Below are positions 40,453 to 50,898 of a stretch of 54,923 bases of DNA, in pieces. The notes beneath the pieces were generated by a model. The model did not search any database. It saw only the letters and a list, made by a program, of their open reading frames with translations, and was not told the DNA's origin. Each line of letters begins with the position of its first letter. The first letter of the stretch is position 1. This stretch comes from Chloroflexota bacterium (GTDB lineage: Bacteria > Chloroflexota > Limnocylindria > Limnocylindrales > CSP1-4): NCBI GenBank assembly GCA_003158295.1, contig PMIP01000067.1, forward strand, positions 9,437 to 64,359, read 5' to 3'. Position numbers and translations under genes: made by a program.

Positions 40453-41448
40453 CTAGGTTGAAGGTCCGCCCTTGTGGTCGCACACCAGAGAGCCCTGAGC
40501 CTTGAGCCTCCAGCCGCGCTTTCTGGCTGCGTCGCGAAGGTTCCAGGCGAGTGAACGAAAGACCATTCCCGTGCTCTCTCGGACCCCGCCACCATGCTTG
40601 ATCCGACGGGCGACGAAGAGCGGTACGCGCCAGCAAAGCAGGTGCAGCAGGAAGGTGGCGTTGTGCCTTCGTGTTCCGTTGCGGCGCATGAACAGGATCG
40701 CGTTGCGCAGCATCAGGTAGTCGATCTGCGATGGCGGAGCGGTCTGGTTGACCAGATGCACGATGGAGGCGCGCGGATCGACGAGACAGCGGAGCTCATG
40801 GCGCCAGGCACGAACGCAAACGTCCACTTCCTCCCAATAGAGGAAGAAGACTTCGTCGAAGCCCTGCATCTCACAGGCGGCAGCCACCGATACCAACATG
40901 CACGCGCCGTCGACCCAGGCGACCGGGTACGGCGCCGCGGGCGAGGTGATCTCGTCGGCCTGAAGGTGGCCCGTCCAGCACGTTCTCCATTTGAGCAGAC
41001 CGCCGGCTGTCCACACCCGGCCGCCGGGCAGCTTGACGAGCGGTCCCACAGCGAATACCCCCGGCCCGCACGCGGCGATCAGCCGCTCGGCCAGGAGGGG
41101 GTCATCGACAAGCGTGTCGTTGTTCAGAAGCAGCACGTATCTCGCACCGCGGTCGCGCGCCCACCGGATCGCGGCGTTGTACCCGCCACCGACCCCGACG
41201 TTGCGAGGCAGGGTCAATGCCTCGACCGGCTCACCGAATTCGCCGGCCAGCCGTTCCGCCTCGCGCTCGGCCGATCCGTTGTCCACGATCAGGACACGAT
41301 GGGCCGGACCGGATAGTCGTCCGAGAGATTCCACGCAATCGCGGGTCAGGGCATAGCCGTTCCAGTTGAGGATCGCGATCACCAACTCGGCGGAATCCGG
41401 GCGGATCTCGCTGGGCTTCACACGCTGGCTCGTCGTGGGCTCGTTCAC
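40453..41448 (-). CDS. GT2 glycosyltransferase (rhamnosyltransferase-like)
   Basis: ILNWN, VDNGS, LLNND, GACML, FFLYWEEVD. Confidence 0.92.
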   Translation of the reverse strand: MNEPTTSQRVKPSEIRPDSAELVIAILNWNGYALTRDCVESLGRLSGPAHRVLIVDNGSAEREAERLAGEFGEPVEALTLPRNVGVGGGYNAAIRWARDRGARYVLLLNNDTLVDDPLLAERLIAACGPGVFAVGPLVKLPGGRVWTAGGLLKWRTCWTGHLQADEITSPAAPYPVAWVDGACMLVSVAAACEMQGFDEVFFLYWEEVDVCVRAWRHELRCLVDPRASIVHLVNQTAPPSQIDYLMLRNAILFMRRNGTRRHNATFLLHLLCWRVPLFVARRIKHGGGVRESTGMVFRSLAWNLRDAARKRGWRLKAQGSLVCDHKGGPST

Positions 41449-41469
41449 TGCGTCTCAGGGCTCGTCCGG

Positions 41470-42546
41470 TCACTCATCCTCGATGGCCTCCCGGACTGCC
41501 GACCAGGCAACCTCGGCCGTGTCCGCCCAGCGGTATCGTCGGGCAACGCGCCTTCCCTCGGTCACCAATCTCCTGCGGAGGCGATCATCGTCTGCCAGGC
41601 CCTGGACCAGGTTGGCCAATGCGGCGGCGTCGTCGCAGTCGAAATGCAATGCTCCCTTGGCCGTGACCTCCGGCAGACTGCCCGCCGCAGCGACAGCCGT
41701 CGGGACGCCGCGTGCCATGGCCTCGAGCGGCGGGAAGCCGAATCCTTCAGCCCGTGATGGCAAGAGAAAACAAGTCGCGTTCTCATACAACCTGGCCAGG
41801 CGCCCCTCCGATACCGAACCCAGGAAGTGGATCCGATCACGAAGGACCGACCGAGAAGCCAGGTCCCGCAAGCGCTCGTCGTCGCGGCCCGGCGGACCCA
41901 CGATGACCAGGTGCAGGTCCTGAGGCACCCCCACCCTCCAGGCCTCGATCAGCAACCCGATGTTCTTGTGAGGCTCGGTCTGCCCAATGCAAAGCGCATA
42001 GCGTTTGGGCAGTGAGGCATCGGGCCGATCTGGCTGGACCCGGAGGGCGTGGTCCAGTCCGGGGTAGGCGACCACGATGCTGGAGGCGGGAGCATCCAGG
42101 AGCCGCACCAGCTCGCCGGCCGAGTACGCCGAGTCGGTCAGGATGCGGCTTGCGTGTCGCGCCGCGTGGCGGAACATCCGATTTGCGTATATGCGGTAGC
42201 CGCGGTCGTACGCGTCCGGCTGGGTGAGGAAGTTCGCGTCGTGGATGGTCACGATCATCGGTCGCGGAAGTGCCATGAGCAGCGTGTTGGCAGGGCAGAA
42301 CCACGCGCTCACACGGGTCCTGGCCGCGACGGCCGCACCGCCGACACCCCACCAGGCGAGATCCTCCGCCAGATGGAGATAGCGGCGAAAGCGTAGGCCG
42401 CGCGGCCCTCGAGGCAGTCCTCGGATGGGCAGAACCACGTCGCCTGGAGCAGCCGAGGCGGTCATCGCCGCCAGGAGCTCCTCCGCGTATCGAGCTGTGC
42501 CGGCCCGCGGATGGCGGAGGATGCTCAGGTCGTAACCGAGCCTCAT
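41470..42546 (-). CDS. GT4 glycosyltransferase
   Basis: TIHD, PHKN, EGFGFPPLEAM. Confidence 0.92.
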   Translation of the reverse strand: MRLGYDLSILRHPRAGTARYAEELLAAMTASAAPGDVVLPIRGLPRGPRGLRFRRYLHLAEDLAWWGVGGAAVAARTRVSAWFCPANTLLMALPRPMIVTIHDANFLTQPDAYDRGYRIYANRMFRHAARHASRILTDSAYSAGELVRLLDAPASSIVVAYPGLDHALRVQPDRPDASLPKRYALCIGQTEPHKNIGLLIEAWRVGVPQDLHLVIVGPPGRDDERLRDLASRSVLRDRIHFLGSVSEGRLARLYENATCFLLPSRAEGFGFPPLEAMARGVPTAVAAAGSLPEVTAKGALHFDCDDAAALANLVQGLADDDRLRRRLVTEGRRVARRYRWADTAEVAWSAVREAIEDE

Positions 42547-43703
42547 CGCAGGTCCTGCGCTGTTCGATAGGCGGCGAGGAGAGCGTCGGCAGTTGCGCGC
42601 CAGGAGAACCGGGCCTCGAGACGCCTGAGCGCCGCGATGGGAGGCGTGGACTGGGTCGCTATCAACATCGCCTCGGCGATGGCATCGGGGCTTGCCTCGG
42701 CGGCGTAGCAGGCGGCATCTCCGAGGACCTCTTCATAGATTGGCTCTCGGGCCGCGATCACCCTGCCACCCGCGAGCAGCGCTTCCACGGGTGGTAGGCC
42801 GAAGCCCTCGATTCGCGACAGCGCCATCAGGGTCGACGATGCGTAGAGCGCGGTCAGCTCCCGATCGCTGACGAGGTCCCGAAACACCACCGCGTCGGCC
42901 ACCGATGCCGTGCGGGCTCGAGCCACCAGTCTCGCTCTATCCCGATCCGGATGGAAACCAACGAACGTAAGCCGGCCGGAATGGTTGATCCGGCGGAATG
43001 CGACAAGGGCGTCGATAGCCAGATCGGGCCTCTTGTGAGGGTCGGGGACGCCCACGAACAGGAAGTCGGGCTCGCTGCCTCCGTCGGCGGCTTTCGGCGT
43101 TCCCGCACCCGTCGACGGCACGACGGCGGGATAGACCACGCGCACTCGCTCGGCCGGCACGCCAAGGACCTCCCTTACGTCCATGGCCGTAGTTTCCGAG
43201 ATCGCGATGACCAGGCGCGACTTACCGACATTGCGCAGGTAGATCCGGTACGGGATGCGCCGGTGAGGCCTTATGCGGTGCATGACGGCCGGGTCGCGCA
43301 ATGGGATGAGGTCGTAGACGGTCGCGATCGTGCGTCGTGCCGGAACAGGCGAAAACGGGCTGCCGGGATCGGTCTGGTGCCAGAGCCGGGGGCTCGATCC
43401 TCGGATCGCCAACCGGTCGAAGACGGCAGAGGCCAGCCAGCCGACGTCCTGAGGGCGGATCGCCGCCCGTCGGGTTCGCCAAGTCCTCGCCGAGGGCCAG
43501 GTTGGGCCGGCCGCTCCGTCGACCAGGACGCCCAGCTGCTCGGCACACCACTCGGGCTCCTCGCGGCCAAGTGCCTCGAGCAGGCCGGCGACGTACCTGC
43601 CGATACCACGAATTCCGTGACCGGAGGTCAGGGGGGTGACGTCTATGCCGATCGCCGGGTGGCCCGAGGTCGAGGCCGCCCCGGGTCGAGAGATCGTCTC
43701 CAC
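42543..43703 (-). CDS. GT4 glycosyltransferase
   Basis: RGIGRY, YDLIP, PHKR, EGFGLPPVEA. Confidence 0.92.
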   Translation of the reverse strand: METISRPGAASTSGHPAIGIDVTPLTSGHGIRGIGRYVAGLLEALGREEPEWCAEQLGVLVDGAAGPTWPSARTWRTRRAAIRPQDVGWLASAVFDRLAIRGSSPRLWHQTDPGSPFSPVPARRTIATVYDLIPLRDPAVMHRIRPHRRIPYRIYLRNVGKSRLVIAISETTAMDVREVLGVPAERVRVVYPAVVPSTGAGTPKAADGGSEPDFLFVGVPDPHKRPDLAIDALVAFRRINHSGRLTFVGFHPDRDRARLVARARTASVADAVVFRDLVSDRELTALYASSTLMALSRIEGFGLPPVEALLAGGRVIAAREPIYEEVLGDAACYAAEASPDAIAEAMLIATQSTPPIAALRRLEARFSWRATADALLAAYRTAQDLR

Positions 43704-43710
43704 GGCATGA

Positions 43711-43716
43711 AGCGTA
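43711..43716 (-). promoter_or_regulatory. -10 box TACGCT 7 nt upstream of GTG 43703 (leaderless-type)
   Basis: TACGCT-tcatgcc-GTG, no SD. Confidence 0.5.
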
Positions 43717-43786
43717 GCAGGCCGGTCGGAGCGGTCCCTTGGCGTCTCCGCCGGCAGGGCCGTCCGCGGTGGGGCCTATTCGCGGG

Positions 43787-44980
43787 CTACTTGTAAGTGA
43801 CCGCCGTTCCGATGGGGACGCTCTGCATGAAGATCTCCCCTCGGACGAAGGGGATCTCCGTGCCGGCGTCGTCATAGAGCCGGGTGAGCGCCGTGTCCGA
43901 GGTCTTCGTCCACGTGCCGGTGATTGCCTTCCCTTCCTTGAAGACGATGGCCTTGCCCGATCCGACGTTGGTCAAGCTGATTCTCTGCATGCCGTAGCTT
44001 GGCGAGTCGGCGGCGACTGCCTGGAACATGACGACGATGTTGCGAGCGAAGACTTGCTGCTTGTTCGCCGGGTCGACCTGCGGCTTTCCGCCGACCAGGC
44101 GGAGATACGAGTCGCTCACCGGGTCGTATGTGTAGCCGATCGTGCCAGTGTGATAAGGGACGCTTATCGACTGGGACTGGGGCCGTAAGCTGGGTGGCGA
44201 GTCGTCGACGAAGGGTCGGGTGGGCAGGCCCTGGTACTTAGCTGGATAGCCGACCCTGGCGGCGCAGCTGATGAGATCGGCGGTGTTCGTCATCTCGTTG
44301 TGCGGCGCAACTCGGGTGGTGGTCCTGTGATACGCGCAAGACCCGCCTCTTGCCGCGTCCAGGTTGTAGATGTTGCCGGACATCGTGGGGATGACACTCT
44401 CGAGCGACACGGCATCGCCGCCGTCGTGGCCGTACAGCGCCTTGTACTCGGCTGCCCAGCGGACGAAGTACGGACGAGCGCTGCGGATGCCACCGATGTC
44501 GGTCGAGGTCCCTTCCTGGAAGACCATCATGTAGCGGTCCTCGCTGTATTCCTCGTATGCCTGATAGACGATCGAGGCCGAGGAGAAGCCCAGCTGGGGC
44601 CGGGCTGGGGCGTTGTCGCCGATCATCACCGCCATTGGGAGGCGGTGAGCGAGGTCGGGCTGAGTCAGGACTCCGTCCAGGTCGCTGTAGGCCATACCGT
44701 TGGGCAGGTCTGTTGGGCCCGCTGACTCGGACTCCGAGGGCGAGGGAAGAGCGACCGTCTCTGATGCCGTGGGCGTGGCCGAAGCGGTCGGGCTTGCGCT
44801 CGGTGAAGCGCTGGCCCGGGCTACCTGCCCAGGGCTCGCCGATACCAGAAGTACCGCGGCCACTATGACCAGAGCTGCAGCGATGGCGCCGACAGCGACG
44901 ACTTGCTTCTTGTGGCCTCTCCAAACGCGCTCGGCTCCTGCCGAAACGCGCTCGGTCACTCGCGAAAGACGCTGCTTCAC
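43787..44980 (-). CDS. DUF3048 membrane-anchored protein, paralogue 2
   Basis: Collinear with 7334-8545 (DLAHRLP, WAAEYKALYGHDGGD, GSGKAIVFKEGKAITGTW, GTAVTYK); GTG start behind GGAG. Confidence 0.82.
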   Translation of the reverse strand: MKQRLSRVTERVSAGAERVWRGHKKQVVAVGAIAAALVIVAAVLLVSASPGQVARASASPSASPTASATPTASETVALPSPSESESAGPTDLPNGMAYSDLDGVLTQPDLAHRLPMAVMIGDNAPARPQLGFSSASIVYQAYEEYSEDRYMMVFQEGTSTDIGGIRSARPYFVRWAAEYKALYGHDGGDAVSLESVIPTMSGNIYNLDAARGGSCAYHRTTTRVAPHNEMTNTADLISCAARVGYPAKYQGLPTRPFVDDSPPSLRPQSQSISVPYHTGTIGYTYDPVSDSYLRLVGGKPQVDPANKQQVFARNIVVMFQAVAADSPSYGMQRISLTNVGSGKAIVFKEGKAITGTWTKTSDTALTRLYDDAGTEIPFVRGEIFMQSVPIGTAVTYK

Positions 44981-45179
44981 TACTTCTGTCTCCGTGCGGT
45001 GGGGCGGCCTCCGGCTCAGCGACGAGGGCCCTGGCAAGGTTGCCAATGGTAGACCACGCGTGCCGAGATGAGGCGCGGGCCGACGAGTCCCGCTCAAAGG
45101 CCCTGCCCCAACGCCCGATCAGACCGCGCCCGACAAAGCTCCGAGGCCGGCAGGAGACCAAAGAGGGGCGGCCGTCTGA

Positions 45180-45185
45180 TACAGT
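45180..45185 (+). promoter_or_regulatory. -10 box TACAGT 7 nt upstream of GTG 45193 (leaderless-type)
   Basis: TACAGT-cccgatc-GTG. Confidence 0.5.
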
Positions 45186-45192
45186 CCCGATC

Positions 45193-45996
45193 GTGCTGCG
45201 GTTCACGATAGTCACGCCAGTCCGCAATGCCATGCCGTGGCTGGCGGAGACCATGGAGTCGGTCGCGAGGCAGACCCCCGACGTCGAGGTCGAGCACATC
45301 GTCCTGGACGGTGGCTCCACTGATGGATCGCGTGAGTGGCTGAGCGACCACGCGGGCAAGCACGTGACGCTCAGGTTCGAGCCGGACGAGGGCCAGACGG
45401 ACGCCCTGATCAAAGGATTCGACGGGGCCGCCGGCGACATATTCGGCTGGCTGAATGCCGATGACCTCCTCGAGCCGGGTGCCCTGCGGCGAGTCGCGGC
45501 GGAGTTCGAGGCGCGTCCAGATGCGATCCTGGTCAGCGGCAGCGCGCTGCTGATCGGTCCCACCGGAGCCATCGCTGGGGCGATTCCTACGCCACCCGCG
45601 GGCAATCTGAAGGAGCTGCTGGCTTACCCGTACAACCTGGCCCAGCCCTCGACGTTCTTTCGGGCAACCGGCTACCGGAGCGCGGGCGGCTTGGATCGAA
45701 GGTTCGACCTGGCCATGGACGTCGACCTCTGGATGAGGCTGGCCGCCCTGGGACCGATCGCGACGCTGCCGGACGCGGTGCTGTCCCGGTTCCGGATCCA
45801 TCCGTCGGCGAAGTCCGTGACCCGAGCCACGGCCGCCGTCCGCGAGGATCTCGGCATCCGGCGCAGGCACGGGATGCCGCTCAGGAGCCGGGCCGGGTTG
45901 ACGCTGCTGGAGGCGGCCTACGTGCGCCCCATCAAGTGGCGCGTGCGCTCTCTGGCCCGGAGCCTCTTCCGCCGCATCGTCCGAAGGCGTCGATGA
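45193..45996 (+). CDS. GT2 glycosyltransferase (WfgS/WcaE-like)
   Basis: FTIVTP, DGGSTDG, GWLNADD, QPSTFFR. Confidence 0.9.
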   Translation: MLRFTIVTPVRNAMPWLAETMESVARQTPDVEVEHIVLDGGSTDGSREWLSDHAGKHVTLRFEPDEGQTDALIKGFDGAAGDIFGWLNADDLLEPGALRRVAAEFEARPDAILVSGSALLIGPTGAIAGAIPTPPAGNLKELLAYPYNLAQPSTFFRATGYRSAGGLDRRFDLAMDVDLWMRLAALGPIATLPDAVLSRFRIHPSAKSVTRATAAVREDLGIRRRHGMPLRSRAGLTLLEAAYVRPIKWRVRSLARSLFRRIVRRRR

Positions 45997-46907
45997 GCCT
46001 CATATCGGTCATCATTCCGGCGAAGAACGCCGAGGAGACGCTGGGCGCCACTCTCGATTCGGTGGCCGACCAGGCAGGCGTCGACGTGGAAACGATCGTG
46101 GTGGACGATGGATCCACCGACCGCACTCGTGAGATCGCCTCCAGCCATGCCGTCGCTCCGAAGATCGCGGCCGGCTCCGGGACCGGCGCCGCTGCCGCGC
46201 GCAACACGGGATTGGCTGCATCGACCGGCCGGGCGATCGTGTTCCTCGATGCAGACGATCTCCTCAAGCCCGGTGCACTCCACCGACGGTTGATGGCGCT
46301 CGAGGAAGCAGGTCCCAACACCATCGTAGTCACCGACCACGTGGAGTTCGTCGAAGGTCGCGAACGCCCCTCTCGGACACGGCCGGATTTCGGTGGCGAC
46401 CCCCGCGAAGCCCTGCTTCAGCGCAATCGCTTGACCGTGCACGCCGCCCTCGTTCCTCGGGAGTTGCTCGATCTCGTGCCGGGGCCGTTCATCGAGTCGC
46501 TCGTCGTCTACGAGGATTGGGCCCTGTGGCTGCATCTGGCCCTTCTGGGCGTCCATTTCCGGGTTCTCGACATCCCGGACTGCGTGTATCGGATTCGTTC
46601 GGCCGGCATGGCCACCGAGATGACCACCGATCTACCACGGGCTCAAGGCGATGCGATTCGCGTGCTGGAGCTGGCGAAGGACTGGGTCAGGCAGACACCG
46701 CGAAGCGACCGGGGCAGGCTCGACCTGATTCGGCGCAGAAGGCTCAGGGAGTACCTCTGGGCTCGAGCGCGCGCAAGTGCTCGGCGAGGGAAGTTGATCC
46801 GAGCTTCCGTGGACGCGCTCAGAGTCCCGCTCGTCGGCCCGGGAGACCTGCCACGCGCTTTGTGGCGGAGAGGCCGTCGAAGGTTTCTGGCAGGGCGACG
46901 CGGCTGA
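45993..46907 (+). CDS. GT2 glycosyltransferase
   Basis: SVIIP, VDDGSTD, ARNTG, FLDADD, EDW; ATGA overlap. Confidence 0.92.
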   Translation: MSLISVIIPAKNAEETLGATLDSVADQAGVDVETIVVDDGSTDRTREIASSHAVAPKIAAGSGTGAAAARNTGLAASTGRAIVFLDADDLLKPGALHRRLMALEEAGPNTIVVTDHVEFVEGRERPSRTRPDFGGDPREALLQRNRLTVHAALVPRELLDLVPGPFIESLVVYEDWALWLHLALLGVHFRVLDIPDCVYRIRSAGMATEMTTDLPRAQGDAIRVLELAKDWVRQTPRSDRGRLDLIRRRRLREYLWARARASARRGKLIRASVDALRVPLVGPGDLPRALWRRGRRRFLAGRRG

Positions 46908-46974
46908 GAGCCCGATCCGAGAGTCGCGACGCGGCCGTGCCCGCCGACAATCGAGCGCGGCCCTGCCCTCATTC

Positions 46975-47856
46975 CTACTTGCGGCGAACCACAGTAGCCA
47001 CTCTCCGGGCCGCAACTCTGGGACCGTACCGGGCCAACTCCATTGCGCCGCGGCCGGCGCGCCGCCATCGACGACCCGAGACGCCCTGCTTGAGTTCCTG
47101 CCAGGCCACGGTCACCATCTCGCGCTGGAAGAAGCGCGGCAGGCTGCCCCGACCGTGGCGTTTGATCATCCGCTCGATCTCATCGAGGCGAGACAGGCCG
47201 CCGCTCGCCGTCTTGGTCGACGGGTAAACCCTCACGAAAGCCTGGACCCTGGGCAGGTAGAGGAGGGGAGCCTGCCGTCCGAGCCTGATCATGAGGTCGT
47301 AGTCCAGGCAATAGTGCAGGCCCCAGTCCAGGCCTCTGGCCGACTGGTAGGCCGTTCGCCTGAAGAACGTTGCCGGCTGCACGATGAAGTCGAGGTGGTT
47401 GATGAGTCGGTTCAGGCTGAACGGCTCGACATGGGTGCAGGGCCCAATCTCCCGGCCATCGGCGTCGATGAACACGGCATTGCCGTAGACGCCCGGAGCC
47501 GACTGGTTGCCCTCGAGTGCATCCAAGGCCGAAGTGATCGCCCCCGGTGCATACAGGTCATCCGCGTTGAGCCAGCCGATGATCTCGCCTCCGGTCAGGC
47601 GTATGCCCTTGTCGACGCCCTCGCCCTGGCCGCTGTCCGGCTCCGAGATCCAGCGGATCCGGTCTCCGAAGGACCGCAGGATGTCGAGAGTGCCGTCTGT
47701 GCTGCCGGCGTCGACCACGAGGTACTCGACGTTCGGGTAGTCCTGCTCGAGAACCGATTCGATCGCCTTCCCGATGAACGGCGCCTGGTTGTAGGACGGC
47801 GTGACGATTGCCACAGATGCCGGGGCCACCTGGCCGACGGGTGCGGTCTTGGGCAT
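46975..47856 (-). CDS. GT2 glycosyltransferase (WfgS/WcaE-like)
   Basis: IVTPSYNQ, DAGSTDG, GWLNADD, QPATFFRR. Confidence 0.92.
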   Translation of the reverse strand: MPKTAPVGQVAPASVAIVTPSYNQAPFIGKAIESVLEQDYPNVEYLVVDAGSTDGTLDILRSFGDRIRWISEPDSGQGEGVDKGIRLTGGEIIGWLNADDLYAPGAITSALDALEGNQSAPGVYGNAVFIDADGREIGPCTHVEPFSLNRLINHLDFIVQPATFFRRTAYQSARGLDWGLHYCLDYDLMIRLGRQAPLLYLPRVQAFVRVYPSTKTASGGLSRLDEIERMIKRHGRGSLPRFFQREMVTVAWQELKQGVSGRRWRRAGRGAMELARYGPRVAARRVATVVRRK

Positions 47857-49130
47857 CAGACGAGCGCCTCCGTGCGGAGGATCGCGAGGTCTTCCTCCGT
47901 CAGCCCACGGTTGGTCAGTCGCCGGTAGTGGCCCCGGAATATGCGCGCGGTTCGTTCCCAGGAGAAGGCCGACGCGCGCGCCAGACCCAGCCGGGCCAGC
48001 TCGATGCGCTTCGCCTCATCCGTCCACAGGTCGCCGATGGCTGCGGCGATGTCGACTGGGTCCCGGGGGTCGAACAGCCGGGCGGCTCCGGCACACAAGT
48101 CCGGCAGGCAGGTGACGTTGGACGACGCGACCGGCAGCTGGGCCGCGAAGGCCTCGAGAATGGGCATGCCCCAGCCTTCGAAGAGCGAGGGGAAGACGAG
48201 CAGGCGGGCGAGGCGATAGAGGGATCTGAGCTGGATCGGATCGACGAAGCCGGTGAAGAGAGCCTCATCGGAGACCCCCAGCCTCGCTGCCGCTTCGCGT
48301 ACAGGTTTGTCGAGGCCGTTCTGCGCTCCGGTGAAGACAACGGGAATGATCAGGCCCCGGTCACGCAGGATCTTGAGCGCCTCGAGAAGCCTCAGGTGGT
48401 TCTTGTGTGGCCAGGCCTTGGCCGGGTACAGAGCGAACGTCTCCGGCAGGCCAAGATCGGAGCGAGTTTTCGAGAGATCGCTCGGAGACGGTTGTCCGTA
48501 GGCTTCGATGACAGGCGCGTAGGGGACTATCTCAACCTTGTCGGCGGGGAGGCCGAGGCCCTCGATCAGGTCCCGTCTTCCCCAGCGGCTGTTCGCGACC
48601 ACCATCGTCGCCTGGTCGCACAGCGCTCTGTAGGTGATGTTCCGTTCGGCCAGGGTCAGGGGCGAGAAGAACTCCGGCAGATGGATGTGCTGGAGATCCT
48701 GGGGCTGGAAGATGGACGGAATCTCCGTCCGAAATCCGACCTGCATCGTGAATTGCATGAGGTCCACGCCGGCTCGTTCCACGGCACGGTCGGCCGGCGG
48801 GAGACCGATTGGGCCCCCGGCTCCCGGACGACCCAGTCCTCTCCTGAGGCGCGCGATTGCTCGGCGGCCCCGATTGCTCAGGATGCCCTCCGCATGGCCG
48901 ATGGGGGCGGGTTCTGATGCCAACAGCCGGCACGGGCCGTTCACGTACGGCCTCAGCCAGTCCTCATGATCGCGATCGACCAGGAACAGGTACTCGTCTG
49001 ATGAGTCGGTGAGTCGCGACAGCCCATCCGCGAGGCCGATGATGACCTGCTCGACTCCGCCTCGATCGCCGGACACGAGGCGAGCATCCAGGCAGACGCG
49101 AATGGGATTGGGCCCCGAGTCCGATGTCAC
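47856..49130 (-). CDS. GT4 glycosyltransferase
   Basis: DLQH..PEFF, WPHKNH, FEGWGMPILEA; GTGA-coupled start at 49130. Confidence 0.9.
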   Translation of the reverse strand: MTSDSGPNPIRVCLDARLVSGDRGGVEQVIIGLADGLSRLTDSSDEYLFLVDRDHEDWLRPYVNGPCRLLASEPAPIGHAEGILSNRGRRAIARLRRGLGRPGAGGPIGLPPADRAVERAGVDLMQFTMQVGFRTEIPSIFQPQDLQHIHLPEFFSPLTLAERNITYRALCDQATMVVANSRWGRRDLIEGLGLPADKVEIVPYAPVIEAYGQPSPSDLSKTRSDLGLPETFALYPAKAWPHKNHLRLLEALKILRDRGLIIPVVFTGAQNGLDKPVREAAARLGVSDEALFTGFVDPIQLRSLYRLARLLVFPSLFEGWGMPILEAFAAQLPVASSNVTCLPDLCAGAARLFDPRDPVDIAAAIGDLWTDEAKRIELARLGLARASAFSWERTARIFRGHYRRLTNRGLTEEDLAILRTEALV

Positions 49131-49987
49131 TGTCGAGCCGTCGACTGGCCGGGTCGATGGGCGAGGAAGGAGTACATCCGACCGGGAATGGGCTTGTCCA
49201 GGCGGGCTCGCACCAGTCTGGTGACGCCGGGCAGATGGCTCGCCGCCCGGCCCAGTAGACCGAACCTGCCGGCCAGCTTCATCGCGGGCAGATCGTCCAG
49301 CTCCCGTTGCGTCGAGACTGTCGGAAAGGCGTTGATGACGGAATCCAGGGGCCTCAGCACGCGGTGGACGACGAGTCCCGCCCGACGGATCGCCTGCAGG
49401 TAAGCGGCCAATGCGTAGGCGTTTTCGCCACCTGCCATACGGTTTACGGGGTGGGCCGCCAGGAACTCGCGAAGCTGTTGGTCGTTGTCCACGACATGCT
49501 CCCGGCAGGCGAAGAAGATGCCGTTCGGCCTGAGGACCCTGGCACATTCCCGCAGGACCTGATCCAGGTCCTGCGCGTGGTGGAGCATCTGGCGGCAGTA
49601 CACGATGTCGATGGATGCGTCCGGAAGCGGAAGGCTCTCGCCCACGCCATCGATCGTCTCGAACCTGCGTTCCCGCAGACGCGCCATAGCGCCGCGTCCA
49701 ACCTCGTCGCTTGGATCCGGTTCGAGGGCGACGACGCGGGCCGCGCCGGCGGCGCAGAAGGCCGCCGATGAGATCCCCGTGCCGGCCCCGACATCCAGGA
49801 CGTTCGCTCCCTCGATGCGTCGGCCCAGGATTCGCCTCACCTCCGTGAACTCGCCGGAGGTCAGGAATCGCCGGCACGAGTCGTCAACGTCACGGCCAAG
49901 GTACGCGTCCCGCACGAGGGCGGCGTAGGCGGGGTCCGCTCGCAGGCGCCTGATCGCGTCGTCGGTGCTGATGAGGTCGTCGGGCAA
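49127..49987 (-). CDS. Class I SAM-dependent methyltransferase (type 11-like)
   Basis: VLDVGAGTG, LPLPDASID, LHH, RVLRPNG. Confidence 0.92.
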   Translation of the reverse strand: MPDDLISTDDAIRRLRADPAYAALVRDAYLGRDVDDSCRRFLTSGEFTEVRRILGRRIEGANVLDVGAGTGISSAAFCAAGAARVVALEPDPSDEVGRGAMARLRERRFETIDGVGESLPLPDASIDIVYCRQMLHHAQDLDQVLRECARVLRPNGIFFACREHVVDNDQQLREFLAAHPVNRMAGGENAYALAAYLQAIRRAGLVVHRVLRPLDSVINAFPTVSTQRELDDLPAMKLAGRFGLLGRAASHLPGVTRLVRARLDKPIPGRMYSFLAHRPGQSTARQ

Positions 49988-50096
49988 CCCAGCTCTCCTG
50001 TGAGACTTCTGCCAGGGAATCTAGCTCAGCGTCATACCGTGCCGCTGCAGACGCCGCCGGTCGTCACGGCCCAGGTGGGCGAGTCGTGCGGAGCGA

Positions 50097-50771
50097 TTAT
50101 CGCGTGGACGATCCGTCGGCGGCTTGGAGCGGCCGCGCGACCGTGGCGAACTCCACGAATTGCATGTCCCAGAACCGGTGATGGAACAGGCGGTTGGCGA
50201 GCCGGTACCTCCGGGGCATGTGCTCCATCTTGTTGATGCCCTCCTGACGGAGCACTTCGTAACCCAGCCGCTCGTACATCTTGCGGATGCTCCGCTCTGT
50301 GAAGAAGCGCAGGTGGGTCGAGTCCAGGATCCCGGACTCCTCGTATTCCCACTCGCAGTAGGCCAGCAGGTCATAGAAGGTCGGGTAGTAGCGGATGTTC
50401 GGGATCGAGCTAACGACGACTCCCTGAGGCGTGAGACAGGTCTTGATCCGGGCTAGGACGTCGAACGGATCGAGGAGGTGCTCGAGAACGTCGTTGAAGA
50501 CCACGACGTCGAAGAAGGACTCGGGCAACTGCGGGATGAGGGTCGCGACGTCGCCGACGAGGACCTTGTCGAGCCTGTCTGCGGCGACCCGAGCCCTGGC
50601 CTCTACCACCTCGATGCCCCAGACTTCGGCGTTCTCCGCCTGCTTGAGCTGCTGGGCAAAGTAGCCTTCGCCGCAGCCAACATCGAGCAGCCTCCGGGAG
50701 TCCGCCGGTATGAAGGCGAGCATCTCAGGCCTAAGGTTCTGGTAGTAGTTGACGGGTTTCTCGTCCGGCAT
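50097..50771 (-). CDS. Class I SAM-dependent methyltransferase (type 23-like)
   Basis: LLDVGCGEG, DVLEHL, SIPN, GILDSTHLRFFT. Confidence 0.92.
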   Translation of the reverse strand: MPDEKPVNYYQNLRPEMLAFIPADSRRLLDVGCGEGYFAQQLKQAENAEVWGIEVVEARARVAADRLDKVLVGDVATLIPQLPESFFDVVVFNDVLEHLLDPFDVLARIKTCLTPQGVVVSSIPNIRYYPTFYDLLAYCEWEYEESGILDSTHLRFFTERSIRKMYERLGYEVLRQEGINKMEHMPRRYRLANRLFHHRFWDMQFVEFATVARPLQAADGSSTR

Positions 50772-50898
50772 TGGCTGTGCGCCGCTCTCTCCAAAGGGAG
50801 CCTTCCCCGCTTCGATCATCGCCCCGCGGGGTCGGCTCGCGGCCAAGCGTAACTCCACCGTTTCCGCCTCGCTGATCGCCCGTCGCTGCTCGATGCCG

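Noticed and set aside
47856-49877. Apparent 673-aa GT with a long N-terminal domain (similarly 50899-52731, 2295-3563, 18359-19342)
   Set aside because: The extensions are off-frame read-through of the upstream gene; coupled or SD-supported internal starts explain the real proteins.
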